From NCBI RefSeq assembly GCF_009834535.1, contig NC_045698.1, positions 7,566,001 through 7,630,000 on the forward strand: DNA of 64,000 nt, written 5' to 3'. This stretch comes from Camelus ferus. Its lineage: Eukaryota. The notes below the pieces were generated by a model. That model was not told the DNA's origin, did no database searches, and saw only the letters and a program-made list of their open reading frames with translations. Each line of letters opens with the position of its first letter. The first letter of the stretch is position 1. The translations under genes were made by a program, and so were the position numbers. This document shows positions 1-11,190 of the stretch, piece after piece.

Positions 1-228
1 CCTTTGTTATACCTTATTTGCATATGATGCAAAATGTTTTAAAGTCTACACTGGTAGCCTATAAAAGTGTGTGTAAACCTACAGACGGGGTCCAGAGCTT
101 GGAATGTTAACCCTTCTGGGCCCGCTGGTGTAATAAACCTGAGTTCTCCAACCCTCCGAGTGCTGCTTGGTCTCTCGCCTGGATCCAGGTTGCTGCAACA
201 CTGAGCTGTAACACACTTTGCTGCAACA
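1..228 (+). mobile_element. 3' part of an endogenous retroviral LTR (cut by window edge)
   Basis: TATAAAA at 60-66, AATAAA at ~132-137, U5-like tail ending ...TGCAACA at 228. Confidence 0.7.
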
Positions 229-244
229 AGAGGACAAGGGTTTT

Positions 245-555
245 TAACTCAAGGGACACAAATAAAAATCAAGGTCCCCCTGAGCTAGGCTGGGGGAAAA
301 CAAAACAAAATACAAACCCTGTGTTTTTATTTTCCTTCTCTTTTCACTATGAATTCAGCAACAAGCCATAGCAGTATCAGCAGGACCTGTAATTTTTATA
401 TCATGTTACTGCTGTTGACCGATATCTTGAAATACAGTTTATATTCATCACTACTTCAATGTGAGAGCAGGGATCAGAGCAAACTTGAAAGCTGGTGATA
501 AAACATTTAATAAATAAATATATCACGGTTTAAAATATTTTGATAAGTGCATTCA
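245..555 (+). mobile_element. hAT-Charlie DNA transposon relic (MER20B-like)
   Basis: Resembles recalled MER20B consensus (gcagtatcagcaggacctgt...atatcttgaaata...catcactacttc...aaaatattttgataa). Confidence 0.55.
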
Positions 556-3500
556 TACCTCTCATGGTGAGAAAACCTTTATTATAAGGAAACAAAAACA
601 AAATCAGGAAAAATATACAGGAAGAAATTTGAAAGTATTTGAAAACCGGGAAACCTAGGTGTGCAGATGGCAGGACCGCGTTTTAGGAGGGTAGGGGTTT
701 CCCATGTGGGTCCTTCCTAGAGGTGAGCCTCCAATGTGGCTGTGACCTTCCCTGCACCCATAGTGAGGGGAATCATGTGGACAGCTGGCGAGCTGCTATT
801 TTTAGAGGGGAGAGAAGGGAGGCCCCACAGGGCAGGTGCCACAGAGGGTTAGATGCCGTAGTCTGACGTCCCGGGTCTGCCCTTAGGAGGATGTGGCTGC
901 ATCTCGTCCTAGACAGAATCTGTGAAGTAATGGCAATGGCTCCAACCCCCCCCCGGGGAGTAACTTCCCAGCCCACAGCCTGCTGATGCTTGCGCCCACC
1001 TCCAGGTGACACTCAGGTGGCCGAGTCTCACGGCTGTGGCCCGCTCCACTCTCCCCACCGGACATCAGGAGACGCCTGACCCTGTGGGTCCCCACAGCGA
1101 CATCCTCTGACCTTGAGACACTCAGGCCAGCGGCAGTGCTCTGCCTGTCCTGTGGGCTGCTTAACAGGCAGTCCCTGAGGCCCCAGGCAAAGGCCCCTGT
1201 AAAACAATAGCTTGGTCCCTTCTAGGTGAACAGCCCCCCTTGAAAGCAATTCACAAGAGTTTATCTGGGGAGGAAGCAAAAGAAAACGTGAAGAATTAAC
1301 ACAACCGTCAGGGAAAGGAGTGGGTGAATGAAGGCTTCTAGGCAAACAAGGCCGTTTTGCCGATGCCTCGGAGAGGGGTGGGCAGGCTGCTGCAGGAAGG
1401 GACGCTCTCCTGCCTTGTCCATCATCCGTGCCCCGGGGCCGTGAAAACTCGCCGCGGAATTTATCACTTTCTTCACATGTCAGCTTGTCACATGTAACAA
1501 TTAATTTATGATCCCAAATTGGACCCGACAAGAAGCCTCTTGACGATATGGCATGCCTGGATTCAGCAGAGATGAACACTGTTTTAATTTCTCCAGCAGA
1601 GATGCAAGGATCAACCCGGGCTGCTTTTATAATTTCTGTAGCACTCAACCCAGCGCCCACCTCATGGCCACGTGGCCCCTTCCTCTGACAGCTGTGGCCA
1701 GTTTTAGGAAGCATGGTAACCCAGGGTTGCTTACTGATCATTCACAGTCTTCAGAGGTACACAGGAAGTGAGGAACAGAAGCAGAAATGGAGTGCCACCA
1801 ACGGAGAGTCAGTGGGAAAACAAGGCTGAATAAACTCTGACATCATGACAGGAAAGGGAAGAACATTTGATTGGGGAACCTGATTTACGATGAACTTTTC
1901 AGGAACACATCAGTGGTGCCAAGCAAACACCCTCTGGCATCTAGACATCCGTGGACAGCCAGAGGAAGTCTCATCTCGACCTCTCCTCCCTCCTACAGGC
2001 AGCTGCTAACACAATATGGTCCCTGCGGCAGGTGGCTCAGCTGCTGGCTGCCACACCCCATCAGGCCCAGATGCCACGAGAATGGAAGGTCGCCCTAAGG
2101 GAAACCATCTGGGGGACAATGTCGGCATCTAAATGAGGATGCTTGGCCACTGATAGTGATACCCTCCCTGCTCACACCCGCCACCCAGTGCCTGACACTC
2201 AATGCTAAGTCCTTCTCAAAGTGACTATTCCTGACCACCCTTCAAGGAATGAAGTCAGGAAGGAGCCCACAGAATGATGTTCAATCACAGAAGCTGCCTA
2301 GCAGGACACTCAGTGTTCGATGTACCGAAAAATCCTCTTTACCCGTCTTGATGGTCCTGGCCGCCCCCGCCGCCAAGTCCAGGCCCTTAGAAGGGACAGC
2401 CATTCTTCAGAGTCAGGTCCCTTGATGAAATGTCAATGCCAAAGAAATATAGGTGGATATGCCTTACAGATCGCTGCCTTGCCTCGCTCTCGGCACAGTG
2501 GTCTCCTCTAAAAAGAGGAAGCAGTTTCCAGAAGAAAAAAAGCGAACCGTTTCCTCCCTCTGAAACGGCATTTATGATAATAAACTGAATGACAAAAGAG
2601 GGAAGATACTATATTAACAGCTCATTAGACAAAAATAATAGAAGATAAGAATGTCAAAAACCATGGAAATTAATTCAGTTCCCCTTACACACAAACACAC
2701 ACAAATTTATATTTCTATGTGTGTGTGTGTCTATCTCCTAGCCTATAAATAATTTGACTTGCACAAGGTCACTCAGCTAGCTGGCCCAACTCAGGTCCTC
2801 CCCCTGGGTCCTTCTAATGCCTTGTAAGAACCATTCAGTGGCTGCAGAACCTTGGAAACAATACTTAGCTCCTCTGGGTCATCCTACTGTTAAGCCCATT
2901 TCACAGGAACGCTTGGGAAAAAAATAACAGACGAGAAATGGAGGCACATGTAAGAACGATCATTAAGAATACCCAGGCAAGAGAGAAAACAAAACAGTTC
3001 GGAGCATCTTTAGTAAAGAAAAAGACAGCATGCTATAGTCACTAATTAACATGTAGCACTTCACCAGGAGAGACTGTTTTGCAGCTCTGGGCCAGATACT
3101 AAAACTGAAGAACCAATGTGTAAAACCAAGCTCCCGCCTCATTAAAAATCTTGTTCTGAGTTGGCTATGTGTTTTATTGTATGTCATTATCTCCAACCTC
3201 ATTATAATGCTGAGTCGTGACACCTGCGGTGTGGACAGGGCTCCTCAGGATACACGAGAAGGAGGCTCGTTCACCTCGCCCTGCATCTTAAGGGGATTGA
3301 GTGCTCTCCGAGTGCATCTGCCAGGTGTCCATTTGGAAGATTATTGAAGAAAGGCCAACATACAAATGGCGCCTTGTTCAGGTGCAGAAAGACACACACA
3401 GCACAAAAGTAAACTTGAGAGATTGGTTCAATGAGCCATCGTGCATAGACACTGTGTTTCCTTGTGCTATCCTAAAACTGGCATCCGAGAATTTTTAGTA

Positions 3501-4072
3501 AAAACCTTAAAAAGATTTAAGAGCACAACACCTTTAATCCTGTTTAAGGCTGAAATGGTTTATCATCACCTACCCGGCATTACTCTGCCACCAAGGGATG
3601 CAGAGGACCGCAGTGGGGACGGAGCTGTCTCCCCAGATTTCTGGAGGATGGACTCATGTTTTCTCATCTCCTCCAGAGTCGAGTGGAGTTCCGGCCATGT
3701 TGCAAGAACTCCGTAACCAGGCCACTTACTAATTCACACTGTGCTGTTAGTTCTCTTCAAAGCTTGTAGATACTCATGTTCCCTCACTCTGTTTTTACTG
3801 TGAAAGTCCTGTAAGAGAAGCAGGTTGGTCTACTAATCTTATGCTACCGATGAGGAGACAGGGCCCTGAAGGTTAGCGCTTTACCTGGGACCACCCGGGA
3901 GCCAGCCCATCCCAGCCTGGAGCCAAGCTGCTTTCTACACATTTCAGGCAGACACAGAAGGCTGACTCTTGAGGACCACATGCACCTAAGTTGCTTGACT
4001 TCGTGGTCGTAACTGTAAGAAAAAAGGAAGCTACAAAGACCAACAGATAAACTAACAGATAAAATGCCTAAG

Positions 4073-4501
4073 TTGGACCTAGAGATCGTCATTCTAAGTG
4101 AAGCAAGCCAGAAAGAGAAAGAAAAATAACATATGATATCACTCATACGTGGAATCCAAAATAAAAAGAAAAAAAAAGGATACTATGAACTCATCTATAA
4201 AACAGAAACAGACTCGCGGACATAGTAAATCTTACGGTTACTGGGGACAGGGGGTGGGAAGGGATAAATTTGGGAGTTTGAGATTTACGAATGTTAGGCA
4301 CTATATATAAAAATAGATTTTAAAAAAAGTTTCTGCTGTATAGCCCAGGGAACTGTGTTCAGTATGTTGCAGTAACTTTTAATGAAAAAGAATATGGAAA
4401 CGAATATATATATATACATGTATATGCATGACTGGTACACTGTGCTGTACACCAGAAATGGACACATTGTAACTGACTGTGCTTCAGTTGAAAAAAAAAA
4501 A
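4073..4501 (+). mobile_element. 5'-truncated L1 (end of ORF2 + 3' UTR + poly-A)
   Basis: ctaagtgaag...cagaaagagaaag, tagcccagggaact, poly-A at 4491-4501. Imperfect TSD gcctaagttgg (4066-4076) / gcctgagttgg (4502-4512). Confidence 0.9.
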
Positions 4502-5604
4502 GCCTGAGTTGGGTCAAACTCAGGTTTCCAGGGAAGCACTTCTCTTCTCTGGGTTCTGTGCCCTCTAAGAGATGCGACTCAGTAACTCAGCGAGCCTTCA
4601 TGCTCGCCCCCAAGCTTGGGTTTTCAGTGTCTCTCATCCCACACAATAAAAGCCACAAGCTCTGGTTGCTGGAAGATACTTGGGGCAGAATTCCTTCCTC
4701 TTCCCAGGAGTGGGGTGGGGGTCAGTAGATCCTTGCTGACCTGAGCCTCTCTCCCCTTCAGGCTCCGCTGTGGCCCAACAAAGGCAACAAAGGTGTTTCT
4801 TGTAGAAATCCACCCCGGAGGCTCAGCCTTGCTGAGGGTGGGAAGGGTTTGCGTTTGTTTTCGATCTAAAATCACATTTGAAACCTTTGGTGAAATGAAA
4901 ACAGACTCCTCCATTCTTTTGCAGTATTTGTTTTGGGCCCATGTGGCACCACCCTTCCCATTTAAGACTTATTTTTTTTTCCCACTGCAAATCATAATGA
5001 ATTTAGTGGCCGTGAGTCATCGGTTTTTACCCTGACGCCAGCTTCCTCTAATTTGTATTTTTTCTGGTCTGATTTCCTTTCTTTGCAGCTGACTTTGGAA
5101 ATCTCAGATCTATGGCTTCTCAAACAAAGCTGGACCCAGCCCTGTGCTCTGTGTCTCCCACACACAGGGCAGGCGGTTCCTAAGTGTATGTTCATTTCCT
5201 GGCTCTGGGGCTCCTGTCATAGAGACTTCATGACTTGCTGGAGCAGCGACGGCAGATTATTCAGGCTGAGGGAGCAGGGGTGGGGGTGGCGGTGGGAGAC
5301 ATGCCCCCAAGGGAGCCCAGGCACCTGCAGAGCTACTCCGACACGAACCTGGTGAAACAGCAAAGCTTGAGTTGACAGTTGGAGTAGAAGGAAAATTCCA
5401 GAAACTCTTCTGTTTAAATGAGCTTAGATGGACCCCAGTATCTAGCAATACAATCCTAGTGCTGAAAATACGTCTCTGAACTTTACAATTCTAAGTAGAA
5501 TTTAGGCTCTCTTCTCCATAAGTCCTCTCCAATTCCTTGTGAAAGGAGGGCTGGCTGCCAGAATACAAGGGCTGGACAGCAGAGCGGCAAGTCTTTGGAA
5601 TTAT

Positions 5605-5770
5605 GAAGATGCGAGTTCAAATCCTACTTCTATCAGTGCCTCTCCGGATGACCTTGGGCACGTCATGGGCCTTTCTGAGCAAATGTCCTCATCCATAAAA
5701 GAAGGGTCCACCATCTCCCTTGTCGGCTGTGAAGACAAAATAAGACTAAGTATACAAAGCACCTGGTCTA
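5605..5770 (+). mobile_element. MIR SINE relic
   Basis: gagttcaaatcct...tgaccttgggca...cctcatccataaaa core-SINE pattern. Confidence 0.6.
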
Positions 5771-6159
5771 ACGGCGGATTTATTTGGCTAACAGACTCTC
5801 CCAATACTGAAGAATTGCTTGTTTGATAGTTGGAACAATCTTCTAAATTTCTCATTCCCCAAGGCCCGATTCAGATGAGACATAATCATAAACTCAACAG
5901 GTTGAGTGACAGATACTTCCTAAATAGATTCAAGTCCCACAGAGAAAATGTTCAGCCTGCCCTATGGCCAGTTCTCACACTGTCTGCTTCCTCCCCTCTG
6001 GAGTACTTATAAATATGGTGGTTATTTAATTAGGAAGTCGTAATTACTTAGGAACAGCTAAAAGGTAAATTATATAACATTTTCTACCTTTTACATAATG
6101 CCAGTACATTTCTGAGAAGCATAGACCTCATTAGCATCACAGAGGCTGGGATGGACTCA

Positions 6160-6305
6160 CTACTCCAAGTGTGCTGGGAACATGTGCACCCCTCCCTTCC
6201 CAGCCCCCGCCTGGTAGAAATGCAGCCTCAGGCCCCACCCCAGACCATCTGCAAATTTTGGCAAGATTTCCAGGTGATTTGCAAGAGCCTTGAAATTTGA
6301 GAGGC
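6160..6305. mobile_element. MER5-like hAT MITE
   Basis: agaaatgcag-ctcaggccccaccccagacc...caggtgatt...aaatttgagag pattern. Confidence 0.6.
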
Positions 6306-6575
6306 TCTGCCTACTCCTTGGTCACTTGGGGGAGTCAGCCGGGGAGTGGGGTGGCCCAGGAAACCAGGATTCTCCTGATTGTTGCCACTTCTGCTTGGCC
6401 GAGCACCCGGAGGCAAGTCACACCACCATCCACGCCTCCTCCCTCCATCCCTCCTGTGAAATCTGAATCTGTGAAGGGTCTGCATTTTACCTTACTTGCC
6501 AGCTAACCAGTCAGCTGGCCACAGTGTATATATGTATATATGTGTGTGTGTGTGTGTGTACCCACAGATCTCCAG

Positions 6576-8512
6576 GACAAACCCACAGCTAACATCATAC
6601 TCAATGGTGAAAAGTTGAAAACTTTCCCACTAAGATAGGAACAACACAAGGATGCCCACTCTCAAAACTCCTATTCAACACAGTACTGGAAGCCCTCGCC
6701 AGAACAATCAGGCAAGAGGAAGAAATCACAGGCATCTACATCGGAAAGGGAGAAGTAAAACTGTGTACAGATGATATGCTGTTAGAGAATCCTAAGCGCT
6801 CCACCAAGAAACTATTAGAACTAATAAACGAATTCAGTAAAGATGCAGGATACAAAATCAGCTCACCCAGAAAGCAGCTACATTTCTAAACACTAACAAT
6901 GAACTATCTGAAAAATAAATAAAAGAAATAATCCCAGTTATAATAGCATCAAAAATAATAAAATATTTAGGAATAAATTTAACCAAGTAGGAGAAAGATC
7001 TGTACACTGTGATCTCTAAAACATTGATGAAAGAAATTGAAGAAGACATAAATAAATAGAAAGATATCTTATGTTTATGGACTGGAAGAATTAATATTCA
7101 CATGTCTCTATTACCCAAAGTGATCCACAGAGTCAATGCTATCCCTATCAAAAAGTCCACTGACATTTTATACAGAAATAGAAAAAAAAATTCTAAACTT
7201 GGTATGGAACCAAATAAGACCTGGAATTGCAAAAGCAATCCTGAGAAAGAAGAACAGAACTGTAGGCATCACATTCTCTGAATATATATAAACTATATTA
7301 CAAATCCATAGTAATTAAAACAGTACGGTACTGTCATAAAAACAGACACATAGACCAATGAAGCAGAATTCAGAGACCAGAAATAAAACTCTGCATATAC
7401 TGTCAAATAATATTTGACAAGGGAGCCAAGAATATACAATAGGGAAAGGATAGTCTCTTTGTTAAATGGTGCTGGGAACACTGGATACAGACACACAATA
7501 AAATGAAATTGTACCCTTTGTCTTACACCACTCACAAATATTAACTTGAAATGGATTAAAGACTTAAATGTAATACCTGAAAATATAAAACTCCTAGGAG
7601 AAAACATAGGGAAAAAGCTCCTTGACATTGATCTCGGCAACAATTTTTTGGATATGACACCAAAAGTGAAAGCAATAACAGCAAAGATAAATAAATGCAA
7701 CCACATCAAACTAAAAAGTTTCTACACAGCAAAGGAAACAACCAACAGAATGAAAAGGTAACCTATGGAATGAGAGAGAATTTTTGCAAAACATATATCT
7801 GATAAGGGGTTAATATCCAAATATAAGAAACTCATATAGCTCAATAGCTCAATAGCTACACACACACATGATTCTAAAATGGGCAGAGGACTTGAATAGA
7901 CATTTTTTCAAAGAAGGCATCCAAATGGCCAATGGGTACATAAGAGGGGGCTTGACATCTTTAATCATCAGGGAAATGTAAATCAAAACCAAAATGAGAG
8001 ATCCTCTCACACCTGTTAGGACGGCTATCTTCCAAAAGACAAACGGTAGATAACGAGTGACGGCGAGAAAGGGGAATTCTTGTCTATGGTTGGTGAGAAT
8101 GTAAATTGGTTCAACCACTAAGGAAAACAGTACAGAACTTCTTCAATTAAAAGTAGCTTTAGCATGTGATCCAGCAATCTTACCTCTGGGTCATGCCTGA
8201 AGGAAATGAAATCACTATCTTTTTTTTTTTAATTGCAGTATAGTCAGTTTACAATGTTGTGTCAATTTCTGGTGTAGAGCATAATGTTTCAGTCATACGT
8301 GAACAATGCTTCAGTCATACATGAATTCTTTTTCATATTCTTTTTCACCATAAGCTACTACAAGATATCAAATATAGTTCCCTGTGCTCTACAGTATAAA
8401 CTTATTTATCTATTTTATATATACTAGTCAGTATCTGCAAATCTCGAACTCCCAAACTTATCCCTTCCCACCCCCTTCCCTGAAATCACTATCTTGAAGA
8501 GATATCTGTACC
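6576..8512 (+). mobile_element. Degenerate L1 ORF2 fragment (RT domain to C-terminus), interrupted at 8221-8480
   Basis: Residual ORF2 peptides (GCPLS region; KWIKDLNV...IKLKSFYTAKET in ORF 7546-7761) with many stops and frameshifts. Confidence 0.95.
8221..8480 (-). mobile_element. Younger 5'-truncated L1 3' end nested in the older L1
   Basis: Poly-T followed by reverse L1 3' UTR. Perfect 15-bp TSD TGAAATCACTATCTT at 8207-8221 and 8481-8495. Confidence 0.92.
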
Positions 8513-8753
8513 CTTTGCCGTGACCCCACATCAACAGTGGCGCAGAAGTGCTCCATTATCCTGGTGATGGATGAGGGTGTGGCTCTCGTGGGCTAGGAAG
8601 ACATGGACAGCTGTGTCCTGGCATGGCACACAGTAGGCGCTTTCAGGGACGGGGTGAACGAAATGTAAATGAAATGCCACAAGCAGGGAGATGGAGGACT
8701 TAGATGTCCTGGGAAACAGCTAAAAGCTACCATTATAAAAACTACTGGGGCTA

Positions 8754-9046
8754 TTACAAGATACTGTAGCACAGGGATCTGTGCTTGTTGTTTATCCATT
8801 TACATACAGTAGTTTGTATTTGCCAATCCCAAACTCCTAATTTATTCCTCCCACCTTTCCCCTTTGGTAACCGTAAGTTTGTTTTCTATGTCTGAGTCTG
8901 TTTCTGTTTTATAAATAAGTTCATGTGCATCACCTTTTTAGATTCCACATACAAGTGGTATCATGATATTTGTCTAACTGAATCACTATGCTATATGCCA
9001 GAAACTAACAAAACATTGTAAATCAAATATACTTCAATAAAAAAAA
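8754..9046 (+). mobile_element. 5'-inverted L1 insertion
   Basis: Reverse L1 segment ~8754-8975, then forward 3' end and A-tail ~8976-9046. TSD TACTGGGGCTA at 8743-8753 and 9047-9057. Confidence 0.88.
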
Positions 9047-9519
9047 TACTGGGGCTACTGGGGCACAAAAACTTTCTGTTCCATAAAAATCCACTAGAAG
9101 AATGGTGAATGGTGCAGTTCTAGGAACTTAACCAGTGGTCTTTGGCCAGTTCTGATGGTACCGACAGGGAATAATCCTTAAGAAGATTTGGCCTAACTCA
9201 CAAATCCCTCAGTTTTTGTTCTAAATGTGTATGGACACCTATTCTGCATTCAAACATGCACTCTGGGGATGGGTCTGGCTTTAAGGGGGATTCTGTGGGT
9301 GTCCTTGGGAGGGGAATTTTTCTGTGGGTTTGGCCAGGGGTCAGTCCTTAACTCAGACCCCGGTCTAGGCACTGACCTCTGGCTGCCAGCCTCACTAGCC
9401 TGGGGTCCTCAACCCTGGGCTGTGGTGTTCAAACTTTGTTCTCCAGGCTGTAGACTGAGGTTCAAAACTTTGGCCCCACTGCCATCTCTGGACATCACTC
9501 TTCTCCTGTGTATGAGTTA

Positions 9520-9878
9520 GGGAGTGTCCCGTGACCCAATTCTGGCCAATGAGTTTGCTACAGGGCTTCTGATAAAGCTTTCTTGTTCTTATAAAAGATA
9601 CAAGAAGAGATGCCCGTTTCCTCCTCTGGGGACCACATATCAGGATGTGAAGCCTGGACCTGTGTGGCCAACTGGCTGCCAGGAAAAAGATGCTCCAGGA
9701 GGAGGCAGAGCCACCAGTGGTGCAGGGCCGTGTCCCTGGAAGAGCCTGAGGGACCCACCTCACCTGCAGCCAAACCTACCCTGGGACTTCTTCACAGGAG
9801 ACAGTACGAGTCCTTGCTGCCTGGGCCCCTTTGCACTGGGATTTGCTACTGCTGGCAGTGAAAGGCATCCAACTAATG
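9520..9878 (+). mobile_element. Old MaLR/ERVL LTR relic (MLT1J/K-like)
   Basis: gtgacccaattctggccaatgag start and ...ggcagtgaaaggcatccaactaat end resemble old MLT1 LTRs. Confidence 0.5.
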
Positions 9879-10041
9879 CCTCGCTCCCCACCTCCCCCCG
9901 AGGTGTCCTGATGTCCCCCCGTATTGCAGCCAAGGCCCTCTGCAAAGTCATTCACCACAGGGCGCATCTGCTTTCCCAGCCACGAAAATGTGGGGTTGGA
10001 TGGATTACAGCCATAGTCCCCACCTTTTCATGCCTGAGGAC

Positions 10042-10630
10042 TTTTTTTTTAATTGTGGTAACATTCACACATCATAAAATTCACCATTTTAACTATCTAA
10101 AAATATATATCTCTTAATACCACCACCTCTATCTAATTTCATAATATTTTCATCATCCCCAAAGAAAAGCCCTTACGCATTCAGCAGTCACTCCCTATTC
10201 TCCGCAGCTCCTTGGCGACCAGGAATCTGCTATATGTAATCTGTATGTAAAGTAATCTTCTCTCTGACTTTGCTTACTTTGCACATCTCACATAAATGAG
10301 ATCATATGATGTGAGGCCCTTTGTGTCTGGCTTCTTTCACTGAGCATAATGTTCTCAAGGTTCATCCAATGCTGTAACACTCACCTTCCTTCATTCTTTT
10401 TTATGGCTGGATAATATTCTACTCTGTGGGTAGACCACATGGTACACATGGCATGTGGGTTTTCCCACTTTGGCTGTTGTGAATAATGCTGTGATAAACA
10501 TTCACGTACAAGTTTTTGAACTCCTGTTTTCAAGTCTCTTGGATGCACCCCCAGGAGCAGAATTGCTGGGTCACAGGGTAATGCCATGGTTTACTTTTTG
10601 AGGAGCCACCAAACTGCTTTCAACAGCAGC
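10042..10630 (-). mobile_element. L1MB-like 3' end
   Basis: Poly-T, then ggcttctttcactgagcataatgttctcaaggttcatcc...gaattgctgggtca. Minus-strand peptide LPCDPAILLLG matches the ORF2 C-terminus. Confidence 0.85.
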
Positions 10631-10657
10631 AAGGGCTTCTTCTGTTTGTTTCTTACA

Positions 10658-11190
10658 ATTTTTTTTTTTATTGTGGTGAAAAACACATAACATCAAATTT
10701 ACTGTCGTGACCATTTTTAAGTGCATAGTTCAGTAGTGTCGTCTATTTACATGTTGTGAAGCAGATCTTCAGAAACTTTTCATTTTGCAGAACTGAGACT
10801 CTAAAACCATCAGACAACAGCTCCCTTTTGCTTCCCCCCAGGCCCTGGCAACCACCATTCTACGTCCCGTCTCTCTCTGAATTTGACTACTTTAGAGACC
10901 TCATATAAGTGGAAACATATAATCTCCGTCCTTTTACGACTGGCTGACTTCACTTAGCATAAGATTCATCCATGTTGCAGTCTGTGACAGGGTTTCCTTC
11001 CTTTCTAAGGTTGCCTGGTATTCTGCTGTATGCATAGACTGTGTTTTGTTTATCCATTCATCCATTCATGGACATTTGGGTTGCTTCCACCTCTGGGCTA
11101 TTGTGAATAATGCTGCCATGAACATGAGTGTGCAAATAATTCTTTGAGACATTGTTTTCAACTCTTTTGAATATATTGCCCACAAGTGGG
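10658..11190 (-). mobile_element. Second L1MB-like 3' end
   Basis: Poly-T, aacacataacatcaaattt...cctggcaaccaccattcta...ggctattgtgaataatgctgc. Confidence 0.85.

Noticed and set aside
1028..1741. 237-aa minus-strand ORF (also ORFs 9524-10117, 46141-46713, 47856-48488, 50018-50659)
   Set aside because: No recognisable protein family or supporting exon structure; some overlap repeats; most likely chance ORFs.
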